Source: Camelus dromedarius (taxonomy: Eukaryota). From it: 64,000 nt of DNA. Below the pieces are notes generated by a model. It ran no database searches. It was not told the origin of the DNA and saw only the letters and a program-made list of their open reading frames with translations. Made by a program: the position numbers and the translations under genes. The stretch's first letter is position 1; each line of letters begins with the position of its first letter. Shown one piece after another: positions 24,141 through 37,434 of this stretch. The stretch spans positions 77,378,001 to 77,442,000 of the forward strand of contig NC_087437.1 in NCBI RefSeq assembly GCF_036321535.1. Direction: 5' to 3'.

Positions 24141-27100
24141 CCAAAGTCTACTGGTCCTACTGGGGTGCAACGGTACCTCCAGTGCTATTTCATTCAATTT
24201 CAGCCCATAACTAATACAGTAATTTGTGGAACTGCCTTACTCCAAATCTAATCATTAGACATCTATTAACATAGCATAATGCTTTTTTTAGCTCTATATT
24301 TGTAAAGCGTATGTCAGATTGGGGCTTATCTCACCAATTCCCAAATATAATAAATGTTTCTGAGCCCAAGACATGTACCTGATGTTATTGTCTATCTTTC
24401 TCAAGAAAGAAGACACTAAAAATAAAAATTCTTTCCCCTAGATTATGAAATGAGTCTGTGACATCTTGTGGTTCTCAGTGCAAGTCATGTCTCAACTCAG
24501 AAAGTTTCTTTACGTTAAATTACAGGTAAGCTCAGTAACAGATTTTCTATCAGACTCGCGTGTGTGAACCTTAGTTGAAGACTGTTACTTCCTCGCTATG
24601 AATTGAATATTATCAACAGTGGTTATATAAACATGCCAAACCATTTGGCAGGAACTCTACAACACTGACACTCTGAGACGTGATGGCACCATCTTTGGCA
24701 GAATGGTACTTTTAGAGTCAAGAGTTTACTGTAGCTGTAACAAACACACTTGGTCATGTATTTGGGATTTTAGCCACTTACAGTATGTGAGTACAGATCA
24801 AAAAAAGAAAAAAGTCCAAAATCATCTGTAAAATGACTTTATGAAGGTAGTGACATATGAGGTTAGAGCAGCTGAATGTTTGACTTTCTGAAATTGCCTC
24901 TTACAAAGCAGAAATCTCTTTTGCAGTATGCACACAGGATAGTGAAGGCAGCTGTTACGTAGAGTTCTGTGATTCTTTGCCAAGCCTAGATGTGGAAGTG
25001 ATAAGGCTGCTTAGAAAGTTAAATGCTTGCTTTTTTTTGAGTACTTGCCTGTACACATTTCTCATCTCTGCTTGGAGAAATCATGCTCTTTAGATGAAAG
25101 GAATGGCTGAAAAGTGAGTAAGTAGAACTGGGTCCTTAACTTTCAAACATCATACCAACATCTTGACACAGCTACAGCCTGCTGGGCATTAAAATCCTTA
25201 GTGCCTCATTGGAATTTCTTCTAAAATTCCTACATGAAGATATGATTTTCTTTAATTTTTAATATAGAAATCACAAAGGCCATGCAATTCAACCACTCAT
25301 TTAACACTTTGGGAAACTGAGGCCTAAAGAAGTAAAGGGTCAGGACCACAGAGGTAGGACTGGACCTAGTTTTCCCAGACTGCTAAGATGCCGTATGTGC
25401 CAAGGACAGTTCGAGGTCATCTATTCAGGCATTTACCACCGTGGGTTGTACTTATTATTTCTCTCTAGAGAAATAATACTCAATTTACAATAATATTTTG
25501 ACTCCAAAATCTTGCTTGTATTATATAATAATTAATTACCCACCTTCTTCAAGATCATTCATAATTGACAGATGCTGAGTTTTTGTGGAGGAAAGTCCAA
25601 AACTCACCATTCCACCATTCCTATCTTCTGGTATTTTTTAACCCTAATGATTTTGACAGTCCTTAGCATATAGTAGAGCTGCTTTTTGTATGCTTGTTGA
25701 GGGAATATTATAAATGGGATCTTGGATTTTGCTATTAACGGAGAATACCAGTCATTATACTGTTACTGGTGAGAAAATAAAAATAAAAACCTTAATTTAG
25801 TTACTCTTCTTTGTTTTCTTGCCTCCAATGAAGTAATTGCTTTGAGCAATCTTTCTAGTTTTGTCATTGTTTTTGAAAAATCTTCACCACCCTCATCTAT
25901 TTGAAATTATTGATGCTCAGTAACTGGTTGTACAATACTTTTAAATCTACTCTGAGGCACCATAATGTGCCTACACGTTGGATACCGTGTCATCTCTTTA
26001 AAAGTACTTCTGGGGTTTGATTTTTCCTTTGAGATTTTTGATTCAACTTACGACCTCCCTGACTCTTGCTCAACTTTAATTTTTGCCCAGAATGAAAGAG
26101 CTGTCAAATAGTCATGCCATTAGACATGTCATGCAACCTAGCCAAAATAGTCTCCTGCTGTCTCGGCGTGCTTTCTGTTGATTAATATTCACTCTTTCCT
26201 GGGGTCATTTACAGTGCTGTGTATTTGTGGTCTCCCTGTTGGGATTTGTTTGACCTTGAGATAACACAGGTTACCAAGAGAAGACACATCTGACACCTCT
26301 GAAGCAGGTAGGCTTTATTAAAAAGAAGAAGAAGAAAGAAAGCTTAAGACATTGAAGGGTACTTTTAAAAATGATTTCTATGGCAAATTGACAATATCAT
26401 ATCAAAACCTAATATTTTTCTAAAGGTCAGAATTGATGCCTGTCAATGTAATGAGCATAAAAAACTAGAGAAAAAACATAAATAAGTGCAGCTTATTATC
26501 TGCTGCCTCGCGTCTTTTGGATGGTGCTCTGAGCATCACCTGTTACTTGCCTTCCCAGGGAAGACTGAGCCTTCATCCTTGTCTGAATTCTTGGAGACTG
26601 TGTTCTCTGTTATCTGTCACCACTGGAATGGTTTGGATCAACAAAGTCCCTGAGATTTTATTGATATTGACTCAAAGCATAATATTCTAGGAATATTCAT
26701 ATTTTACTAAGGGACCTGAAAAGACCTAGAAGACCTTGAGAAATACATCTTCCATTGAGGCCTTTCAGATGGGGATTTATACTAGAGCGAGACTGGGTGA
26801 GAGTGAGCCTTCCTTCCTAATGGAATCAAACTGGCTAAGCCTAGCCTCCCGTGCCAGCCCCAGGGAAGAAAATCAAGGCTGGTTGTCTCTTTCTTTTGAC
26901 ACTATCATAGCTAAAGTGGGGAGAGTATAAGATGTGGAATCAGATAGGTTCATTTCCAAGTTCTGAACAGTTGGCTTAATCTTCAAAGTCTGTGTATGTG
27001 TGTGTGTGCATGCGTGTGTGTAGGCTTTATTTAATATCATTAGGTAATTACAGTTCTATTACATAATGTCCATGTATTCTCCACAGGTTACTTATTTTTG

Positions 27101-27534
27101 TGAGATTCATTATCTTCAGATCTAAAACAGAAATACTAACCTCATCCTCAATTTAACTTGAATTAATTTAAATAGAATATTTACAGCAACATGTACAGTA
27201 TCTAACACATAGTAGGTAATCCATAAATGTTAGATCCTATCATTGAATAAAAAGTGACTTCATTTATATACCCTGCCTCTTTGAGACTAGCATGAACAAA
27301 ATTTTATTTTTGTAAGTAAAATGCATAACTGATTCACTTACAAACTGAGAACAGACACGTTTAGAAGGTTTGTGTGATATTGTTAAAATAATTTATTGAC
27401 TTTCTTACTTTGAACAATGCTCATGAAAAAAATTAACTTCAAGATATTAAAAATGCATTGTGTATATTGCAGAAAACCTGTCAATTACAGCTGTAGTAAT
27501 AACAAAATAAATCACTGAAATCCAACCTAAAATT

Positions 27535-27576
27535 AGTATATAAAATTTTTCCGTAAGTATATAAAATTTTTCTGTA
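27535..27576. repeat. 21-bp tandem duplication
   Basis: agtatataaaatttttccgta followed by agtatataaaatttttctgta (1 mismatch). Confidence 0.9.
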
Positions 27577-28554
27577 GGTATTATATAAATCTTTGTCTTG
27601 AACTTGTCTTGCCTTGGACTTTTGCAAACCAGATCTTGAGCCAAATTAGGAAGAAGGATTATCTCGTGACGAAGGGCTTTAAATGGAAAACACCCTGTTT
27701 CTGGTCACTTGTGACTGAGGCCAGGGACTGCATTGCCAGATGCTTAAAGCAGATTGTCAGAGATCTCTCTCATGTGTGTTCTTTCTACCCCCTTCAGGGA
27801 GGATACCTACCGTTTACTGCAGTCTTCTACCACCGCCTTATCAGAGTCCTTCTCTTCTCACCTCATTCACAAGTCAAATCTAGAGAGAGAGGAAGGCTCC
27901 GATAATTAGAAACGTCTTGCTTACTGTGGTCAGCATGGCCTGGCCTTCTGAGTCTAGTGACACTGTGGAAACAGAACAGAAAGGTGGGTGACTGCCTCCC
28001 CAAGTCTGGAGCTTTAAAGTAGGGCAGACGCGGGTCCTGGATCCTCTGACTTGGTGGAGTCCTCATCTGAGTGGCTGCAGTGACCACCAAACTTAGAATT
28101 TGGCTCCACAAAGAAACAGGGAGACATTAAGCAGAAATTTCCACATTTATCCTTAGTTTTAGTGTGTTTTTTCCACAACTTTTTGCTAACTTAGCAGTAA
28201 ACTGGCGTAAAATTAACCTGGAACTAAGTATAAACCTACCATTCTCCAAACCAATCAAGGAATCTAATAAATATTTAAGTATATTTTCAACTGAATTTTT
28301 TAAGCATTAGGTGAAAATCATGAAAGTCAGTAAGTGCATTCAACCTTTTTTTTCAAACCAGTTATTAAAATCACTTAATAAAAATTTTAATTAAAAGATT
28401 AGAAAATAAATTTTAATAAATACACTAAAGTGCAGGAGGGAGACAGTGTTTGGGCCACCACTTAACGCCCAACTATTAATGTCTTCTATAAGTCATGAAG
28501 ATGGAAATAATAATTCTTTTTATTTGTTTTTTGTTTATTTTTGTATTCTCAGAA

Positions 28555-28630
28555 ATGAGAACAGTGTTTCTAGCACCTGATAGTAGCTCACTAAGTATTT
28601 GTTGACTGACTGAAGGAATGAATGAATGAA
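28555..28630 (+). mobile_element. L2 3' terminus
   Basis: ctagcacctgatagtagctcactaagtatttgttgactgactgaaggaatgaatgaatgaa. Confidence 0.8.
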
Positions 28631-28784
28631 TGGTAAAAGTGGAACATACACAGTATTTCAAAAGAGGAGACATGAGGGTGTAGAAGATTCTGGTTTTAGA
28701 AACAGTAATGAAACAGGGAATAACGTACAAGATGATGGAAGAATGAAAAATAGCAGGGCTGTAACGGAAATGTAGGAAATGAGT

Positions 28785-28917
28785 GGGGAGAGGGTATAGC
28801 TCAGTGGTAAAGTGCTTGCTTAGCATGCGTGAGGTCCGGGGTTCAATCCCCAGTACCTCCATTTTAAAAAATGAGTAAATAAATAAACCTAGTTATCTCC
28901 TCCTACAAAAAAGAAAA
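28785..28917 (+). mobile_element. tRNA-Ala-derived SINE (camelid vic-1-like)
   Basis: Head ggggagagggtatagctcagtggtaaagtgcttgcttagcatgcgtgaggtccggggttcaatccccagtacctcca with A and B boxes; A-rich tail; 16-bp TSD gaaatgtaggaaatga / gaaatatgggaaatga at 28767-28782 and 28918-28933. Confidence 0.92.
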
Positions 28918-31424
28918 GAAATATGGGAAATGATGTTTACAGATGGAGTTGGCATCTCATAAATGAGGACAAAGTGCACACATTTGAGTAAAAGTAAAGA
29001 TAAAGGAATGGATGTCTACATAGAACACAGAAGAAGGGCCCAATGGAAAGGAAGGGCTGAATAACAGACAAATGTGAAAATGGAAAGGAATCTTATAGTG
29101 CCTTTTTGTCCTTGGAGAAAATAATCGAGAAAAAGATACTGGTCGTTAGAAGTTAAACTGGAGACTTAGGAACAAGGGAAAAGAAGGAAAACATGAGTTT
29201 AACAGGCCACAGTGTCCCTTGAGCCATGTTCACATTCCAGAGCTTCTGGGGGCTGCAAACCGAAATACTCACGGAGAACAGGTGATGAGTGACTGGTGTC
29301 TAATGGAAAAAGAGAAAGCTTATGTCCCTGCTAAGGGCAGGAGTCAATGCAGCGCCCACAATTGTTTGCCGTGCAGGAACACAGACTTGAAGAGAAACCA
29401 ACAGTCTGCGTTTGTATGTAAAATCTTTTAATCTGTGAATGTTGGGAACTGATTCAACTTTTATGAAAATAGTTTATGGCACATTGCATTGAGAAAAAAG
29501 AAACTGAATGAGATTTCCAGCGTTACATCATTTATATAAATTTAAAATGTTTATGTAAAAAACAACACAAAATATTCTGTAAGATATGTCCGTTGAATGA
29601 CATAAATCAAACACATTAGATGTGTCATGGGAGACAAGACTGACTATGAGAAATGAGAGAGAAATACCTTTTTTAACAACAACAAAAAAAAAACAGGAGT
29701 ACTCCATGGACATATGATAATAACATGCTGTGGACTGAGGAGTGTGATTATCCAGCTCTCTGTACCTAAGATCCAAAAGTAAATGAATAAATATAATTGA
29801 AATAAAACACACAGTGAAGATTCAAACAAACATACAAGCAAAAACATGCTCGTAGCTGATCTGTGAGCTGCTGGTTTGAAAATCTTTATTTACATCTTAC
29901 CCTCCAAGAGTTCCCATGAATGTGGTCAGAAAATTGGAGAATTTTAAAGAAAATCAGCTGGAAAAGAGAAAGAGCCCACGGCTCATGAGCAGTAAGTTGC
30001 TTTTATCGCTGCCGCTGTGTCATCTGCTAGTGTCCTTTTGAGGGCTTTGTGCCGGGGTAACCAAGAAACTGAGGAGCAAAAGGCAAAGAAAGAAAGCTGC
30101 CTCTAATGACTCATCCAGTTGTAAATACTTCACAATAATCTATTTTCACTCAAAGCATCTTCATAAGGTCTCTGAATTATCTCTTTTGACAGTTAGTGTA
30201 AACTCTTCCTCAAGCACGTACCTGGAGGTTATGGGTGATGGTATTTGGGCCAACACTGATTTCCAACTACTGATACCTTCTTCCATGTGAAGATGTAACA
30301 GTTAACATGACACCTGTGGCTTCTCTCCATCCTCTTATTCACTCCTCCCCAGGGGATAAGAAGTGCCATACCCTTGGGAGGAGAAGTAGGGCATGAAATG
30401 GCTCTCCCTTCCTTCCTCATTCTCTTCAAAGGGAAGGCCTGCAGATTCCCAGTACTTTCTATCTCTTGGTTGGTATGTTTGATTAATTCTGAAGAGCTGT
30501 GTGCACAAAATCTACTTGTCTGACAGTAACAGACTAAAACTACATTACTCAAAAGTTATTAGTGACATTATTGTTAGTTCTTATTCATCTGCTTTACTCT
30601 TTAACTCCGTTAGTTCAGAACACAAGCATGGAAGAGGTACTATATTTAAGGGAAATAGTCAAAGCCAACAATAATAAGTGGAAATACTTGTAAAAGTACT
30701 TTGTTTGGGGTCAAGGGTCTTAACGTTTGATATCACGTCTTATCAACTCATACCAATTAAAATTTACATAAGAAAGATTAAATGACAGAATTTATCTTAT
30801 TTCATAACATGAGACTTTAAAGAGAGTATACAAACTCAGTAAATTTTTAAGAAATTTTATATAGGATCACTAGCTAAACATTTAAAGTGTTATGTTTAAT
30901 TCTTTTAACTTCTGAAGTCCTAAAATTGGATAAATCCTTATTATATGCTTTTTAAGTTTCCATTCACAATTAATTCTTCCTGGAAACTGCTTGGTCATTA
31001 TTGAATTAATTAATTTCTGTATTTTGTTGTTCATTGGGACCAAGAATCATCTACATGTAAAGCTGCAAAGCAATCAAATCCTTATTTTGTGGAAGATTTA
31101 GTTATCATTTAGGATCTTTTCATGTCGATACTAAGGCCAAGGAGGAAGTTAGTGGGAGAGCCAAGACAGGGAGCCAGGATTCTGAACTTGACCCAGTGGT
31201 TTTTCTCCTCTGTGGCAATTCCTCTGAGAATGGCCGGAAGGTGATGACTAGAATTGCTTAATTATTTTTATTCCAAAGGAAATGTCTCTAATAATTAATT
31301 CAGCAAGGATAAATTGAGATACTGTTTTGTCTCATATGTTCTGCTTGAGGCTTAGAGACAAAGACAACTTAAGTTTTGACATCAAAGACAAATAAAACAT
31401 AGTTTTAACATCAAGGAATGTGTA

Positions 31425-31483
31425 TCTATACACATACACACACACACACGCACATATATATGTATATGTATATATATATATAT
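31425..31483. repeat. Compound (CA)n/(TA)n microsatellite
   Basis: direct reading. Confidence 0.9.
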
Positions 31484-32639
31484 GAAAATATAATAATAGT
31501 GGCATAGACTGTTTGTAAAATTGGCCCAAGAAATAAAAAGACCTACTCTGCTTGAACAACTTAAGGGAAGTTTTAAAAGAAGGAGCCTCTTAAACCAGGT
31601 CTTGAATCAGGATTTTACCAAGAGTTAGTGAAAAGTATAGACTTTCCATGAAACACATTATGGGTACCAGGAACTACTTACTAGGGTTTATTATTCCTGA
31701 AAAGGGGAAACAGCTGTGGAGCAGACAGGTAATTCATGTAGAAAAGGCCCAGCTTCACGCAGAGTAAGAAGTTAGGTGTTTATCATGTAGACACGAGGAA
31801 CCAGTTTTTCCATTAAAATATTGAACCTGGAATATTGCTTCCGCTCTTTCTGTTTTTGCTATCTCTGTAATAGTCTATAATAGGCCCTTTTTAATCAGTT
31901 AACAACTAATGTAAGCATGCTTCTGCGTCTATTCGTGAAAATAATACCAAAGATAATATACACAGCTCTCACTTCATATGAAAGAATTCGTGTCTGTAGT
32001 ATAATTTTCCAAGTCCGGCTTTATATATTGAACACATGCTACTCATCAGGGTTCCTCTGTAAATTTAAGCCTTCTGAAAGATTGTGTTTTAAAAAAGAAA
32101 AAAAGAACTACACACATGGTTTTTCCTTTTATGTATTAAATGAAGGCAATCTATCTCTATAAATCAGTTTGTTCTCTGGCTTATGATGAAACCAATTTCT
32201 CAAAACTTTTGTCAAATTAATAATCATAAACAATGGTCATTTTATTTTTCCCTTAAAGCCTAAATTAACCTTTCAAGTTAAGAGTGTGTTGTGATTACTG
32301 CCCAAGGCTAGTACTGTTTAGAACAGTAAATTTCTGTAAATTAGATTTTACTTTTTTCAATGTTAGGTTTTTAAATGGCAATTCTCTCTAGAAGTGCTTC
32401 TGAAAATTAACTTCTAATGAATGGCAAATGCAAATCATGGAAGCCTGGATTGCAAATATAATTACATTAAGTACACAGAAACACCAACTATGAATGTTTT
32501 TTTAAAGTATTTGAGTTGAACTATTAAAATTTTATTCTAGTCCTTGGTAAAGTAAGATCTAATTCATGTGTTATTTAAAAATCTGCATAATGAACCATGT
32601 GTAGGATTTTTGCAAGGTCATGTAGGGTTGGTTGGGTTT

Positions 32640-32812
32640 CGCTACGCTGTTTACTGTCTATATGACTTTTACTCAACACTCAGTTTCTTCATCTCTAAAG
32701 TGATAAGAAAAATAGAACATACCTCTCTAGTTGTTGTGAGTATGAAATTAATTACTACATGAAAAGATCTTAGGATACTGCTGTAAAATAAATATCAGCT
32801 ACTATTATTAGT
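32640..32812 (+). mobile_element. MIR fragment
   Basis: ctcagtttcttcatctctaaagtgataagaaaaatagaacatacctctctagttgttgtgagtatgaaatta. Confidence 0.75.
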
Positions 32813-33384
32813 CACATCTAAAAATCAACTTATCATCTGAAAGGGTGCAGTACACTTCTTACAAGTATTCCAGAGATATTTGTTACATGTATTTGCAATT
32901 ATGTTATTATCTTCACAAAAAGTGAAGAGTATTATAAAGTATTAGCTTCACAATTATCATTAAACTTGTCATATTATGAATGCTGTGGTCTACCACGTCA
33001 TCAGATAAGATGAAAGGTCTCTCTATGATAATCAATAATGCTCCCTCCTCCAGAAATACACGCATATTTCATGTATGCTTCTGTAGTCACCACCACAATA
33101 GAAAATTTCAAGAAACATTACTTTCCATAATGTGTACTATAGAAAATGTAATAATGACTGTTCACTGTGGACTAGAGCCACAAAACAGCCATCTTATATC
33201 CAGAAAACCTATCATCAAATGCCCTTGAAGTTTTGCTGATCTAGCTGTGAGTACTTAAGTGTAATGAAAAATTCTAGTAACTTTGTATTTCACAAACTAT
33301 TTCTAAAATAAACTGACACATGTTTAAATTCTCTTTGTGACCTCCTTTTTCTTCTCTTCTCTGTATTAGTAGTCAGAGTAATAA

Positions 33385-33600
33385 TGATTAACATTTATTG
33401 AGGACTTACTTTGTATTACCAACATTATCTCTTTTAATCCTCATAATAACTCTGTGAGTTCAATGCCATTATCATCACCCTCATAGCAAAATGAGGAAAT
33501 GTAGATATATCTAATTTCCTAAATAACTTGCTTACAGGCATACACCTCGTAAGTGGAAGAGCGAGGATTTAAACCCAAGCAGCCCAAGCTTCCATTATAT
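33385..33600 (-). mobile_element. MIR SINE
   Basis: aacatttattgaggacttact...ttaatcctcataataactctgtgag...atgaggaaatg...aagtggaagagcgaggatttaaacccaagcag. Confidence 0.85.
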
Positions 33601-34879
33601 GCTACCGCAGACAGGGAACAGAGTGACATATAGACAGGCTTTCTTTTAAAAAGTCCAACAGCATTTCTCTCCATCTGCTGCTTTATTTCCTAGATGACTC
33701 TGCAAACATAGGATAACAACATTTGCATATCTTAGCGCTGTTCCTTGTGATATCTTAGCAACAGTGTAGCCGACAGAAAAAATACATATTAATGTATTAC
33801 TCAATTTTCAGCTCCTCCATTTTCCCCCTCACTTCTGTTCAGCCCAATAAGATGAATTTCATTGAAGGGGATGCTGAGAGTTGCTGGTAGAGAAGAGAAT
33901 GGAGGCTGAGTGGGGAAGGAAGAGAAAGATATTAGCCATTGTGGTCTGTGTTTCAGAGAAAGCTGGGGTTTTTTTGTTTGTTTGTTTGTTTTGTTTAAGT
34001 TTGGATAGAGAAGAGAGACAGAAGAGGATTCGTAAGATATTAAGATAGTGAGGCAGAGAATTCCAGAAGGTTTGGGCTGTGATATGAAAGAAATCCTGCA
34101 GCATAATTCAGCTTTCTCTTTTGTTGTATTTAGATAGACTTCATTAGAAATTTAAATTGCCTTTCTTTCTTCTTTCTCTCTCTCTCCATTTTCTTCTTTC
34201 TTCCTAACTTTGGGCAGGTGCTGGTGTTTCTTCCGAGTGCCTCACCAAACAGAGCGTGGACATCTTTACTTGTGCTGCTCTTTCAGACTTCTTTGGTCAG
34301 GTATACAGTTCCACAGCTATGTTTAGTGAAAAAAACCTATGTCTCTTAAACAAAGAAGAAAAAATTATAAGACTTTATTCATTGAAGTGTTTCAGTGACA
34401 CTTTTTAGCCTAGTTTCCCAACCAACGCCTTGACGTAGTTTTGTTTCTTTATTCACTGCTGATCATCTTCAGTAAGCCTCTTAACAGCCCACACTACCTC
34501 AGTCTTCTTCTTGGTAAAATAATACTTTTCCTTTCAGTAGAACAAAAATTAAGTGAGAAGTAACTAAAGAGAACACCCTAGAGACATAAACATTAAGATA
34601 AATGCTAGATAGTATTATGGTCTTGGCTGAATGACATCTCAGTCATGGCCTGTTCAATAATTTCCCTTGAGTTCTAATCCCTGGCCACAACCTCTGTTCT
34701 TTTTAGGCCCCTCTCTTCTTTATTTCCATCTGTCTCTTAACAGTTTTGTTTCTCCTACTTTCTTATTTCCCTCTATTTTCTCTCCTTCAATCAGGCCTCT
34801 CCTACAATCTCTGAATTCTTTACTCTCCAACTCTCTGATTATCTAAATGACTCTTAGATCACCCTCAGTTTCCTCACAT

Positions 34880-36851
34880 TCTTCCTTCTCTGCTTTCTTC
34901 ACTCAAAAAACCCAAAACTGCATTCATACTAAGATATGTCATCTGTGCTCTTATCCCCTGTGCACCTGTGCAGAAAACTACCCAGCCAAGCACACTGTGA
35001 TCATCTCTGGTACACAGTTTTAAATCTCAGCTTGCTTCTCTGCACTAATAGTTAATATGTTTCTTCGTCCTTTGTCAATTTCTTCCATTTCTGTCAATGA
35101 TTCTTCCAGATTCCAATCTCTCTTCTTAAGTTCCCTGATCAACTCCCACCACCCTCTTGCCAGAAGACCTTATCTCCAACTGCATGATACTTATGAAGCT
35201 TTCACATATGATCAGTCTCTGCTTCCAGGCTCCAAATTCGTAACTTTGTCTGTATAAAAACCCAGGTTCATTTTTCTTTATCTAATAATTCATTGACTTC
35301 CCACCTACCACCTGTTTTAAACCAATAAGCCTATACCATCTCGATTCCTCTGGAATCTTGCTCTTTTCATTAGCGATTATCTTACATCTTACCTCTGAAT
35401 TTTCAACCTCTCCCTCTTGACTTGCTCTTATCTCTGGACTGTTAAATATGCTCACGTCTTCTCCATTATAATCAAACAGACTTCTCTTTAATGGTAAGAT
35501 TTCCTTCTAAGAACCATCTAATCTGTCTCAGTCTTTTCTAATCCCAGCTTCTCAAAAGATTATTTTATAGTTCTGCCTCTACTCTGTCATTCATGTGTAT
35601 CATCCCTAACGAACAGTAATAAGGATTCTTCCCCATCACAGCCCTGGACAGTCTCACTAAGATGCTAATGACTTGCTCATCACAGTGTTTATAGGTAAAT
35701 ATTATTCCTTATTGTCCTGGACTTTTCTGTAGCAAACAAAATTGATAATTATTCTGTTGTTCTTTCTAGACACACAGAAAACTTTCTACTTACCAGGTTT
35801 TAGTCACTTAGTCTCCAGCTTAAATTTCCTAATACCTTGTAGTCAATTCTGTTCTGTCTCCTTGTTGGACTCTACTCTGATCGCTTTAAACTTTCTAAAT
35901 CGTATGTTGGTCCACTGGTCTTATCCCATACACTTTCACTGGGAGATCTCAGCCCACACTTACTATTTTAACTACCGGCTATATAAAAATGATTCCTCAG
36001 TTGATAAATCCTGTTAAAAATCTCGTTTGAGTTTTGACCTTGTGCATACTAAGGTCTGCCAGATGCTGCCATTTGAATGGCCTGAAGCCCTCTTTAAAAT
36101 TAAAATGCATCAATCCATCCTCTTCCTCTCTAAACCTACTTCTCTAGGATCTTTTATACAAGTTAGGGGCTTCACTGTCTGCCTAGTCACCTGCACTATA
36201 TTTATTCTTAATTATTCCTTCACCCTTCTTTTTAACCCATTCAATAAATATCCTGCTGATTTTACCCAAAAAGTATTTCTCAAATATATCTAATCCTCTT
36301 CTTTCCACTATTACTGTTTTATCTTTAAAGTGGATTATTTTAGCAGCATCTCACTTAGCTCCAAGCTAACCATTTCAGATTCATTCTCCATATAATCCTT
36401 ATAATCCTGGACCAAGATCCCAAACATGATATAGAAGAGCCTCCACAATCTGCCTTCTACCCACGCCTCTAGACGTCCATTGCCATTTTTGATCTTCTAC
36501 CTTATGCTTTAGTGACGTTAGTGAAGTTCCCTAGATACCGTCTGTTTTAAGCCTCCCTACCTTTGTTGTTGACTCTGTTCCTGGACTCAAATTCCTATCC
36601 ATTTTTTATCTGACCAATTCCTTCTCGTCAATTAAGAAGCCCCCTCTGGGAAGATTTCCCTCCTCTGTTCCCTATCATCATGAATCCAAGTTAGACTCTC
36701 CTCACAAGTACTCAAATCACTGTGCTTATTTTTCTGTGTTTATCTCCTCATTGGATCATGCCATGTTCGAGGGCAATAACCATAGCTTCCCATTACCTAG
36801 CATGATGCATAATAGACCCTTAGTGAATAATCTTTAAATGAATGAATGAAT
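34880..36851 (+). mobile_element. Long degraded L2 (3' ~2 kb)
   Basis: Pyrimidine-rich L2-like body (ttttcaacctctccctcttgacttgctc; ctaatgacttgctcatcac; tattttaactaccggctatat) ending in an aatgaatgaatgaat tail. Confidence 0.7.
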
Positions 36852-37297
36852 ATTCTGTGAAGAATAATGTTGGTATATAAAATTTAACCTAAAAACTCCT
36901 TTGTGAATATCTTACTCTAAACCCAGCTACCGCTATATTTTTTTGTGAGAGCTATTATTATTTGACTTTCTCCTACTGATGATCATAAAAGTTAATTTTA
37001 ATAAATTGATGTAGAACCTTGATGCTTTTCTCTTAGAAGAGCTCCTTGTCCTAATGTCTAGAAATATAAAATGATGTTATGAAATTGTTCAAAATTATTA
37101 AATTTTTATGATAATGAAAAATTATGATTGACAAAATAATGTTTCGAGTGAAATAATGCATGATAAAAATAGAAACTGAAAGTTCATTATTAACCTATTG
37201 TAAATTCTTTCTGCAACCAGCTTCTTACGCGAGAAAATTTCTGATTTTTATTTTTAATTTCCTTAAGTTTCCCTGCCTTACAGTTTGATGGCATGTA

Positions 37298-37434
37298 CAG
37301 GCAAACCTTCTTTCATTACACTTTGACTTACTGCACTTTGCAGAAAGTGTGTTTTTAATAAATTGAAATTTTGCGTCAACCTGGCATCAAGTAAGTCTAT
37401 CGGCGCTATTTTTCCAACTGCATTTGCTCATTTC
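37298..37434 (+). mobile_element. Tigger1 (TcMar-Tigger) 5' terminal fragment
   Basis: TA|caggcaaacctt...cactttgcagaaagtgtgtttttaataaattgaaattttgcgtcaacctggcatcaagtaagtctatcggcgctatttttccaac matches the Tigger1 5' end and follows a TA target. Confidence 0.85.

Noticed and set aside
24634..24650. Palindrome tgccaaaccatttggca resembling an NFI site
   Set aside because: The half-sites are in the reverse order to the canonical TTGGC-N5-GCCAA.
28791..28861. Apparent tRNA-Ala(AGC) gene (also the minus-strand copy at ~40962-41036 and ORF 28476..28862 MEVLGIEPRTS...)
   Set aside because: It has an extended 5' end, an A-rich tail, TSDs and stem mismatches, so it is a SINE and not a functional tRNA. 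The ORF is antisense SINE read-through.
30221..30552. 107-aa minus-strand ORF ending near a CAG|gtacgt donor
   Set aside because: The ORF stops just before the donor and the peptide is unrecognised. I mention it only as a possible non-coding exon end.
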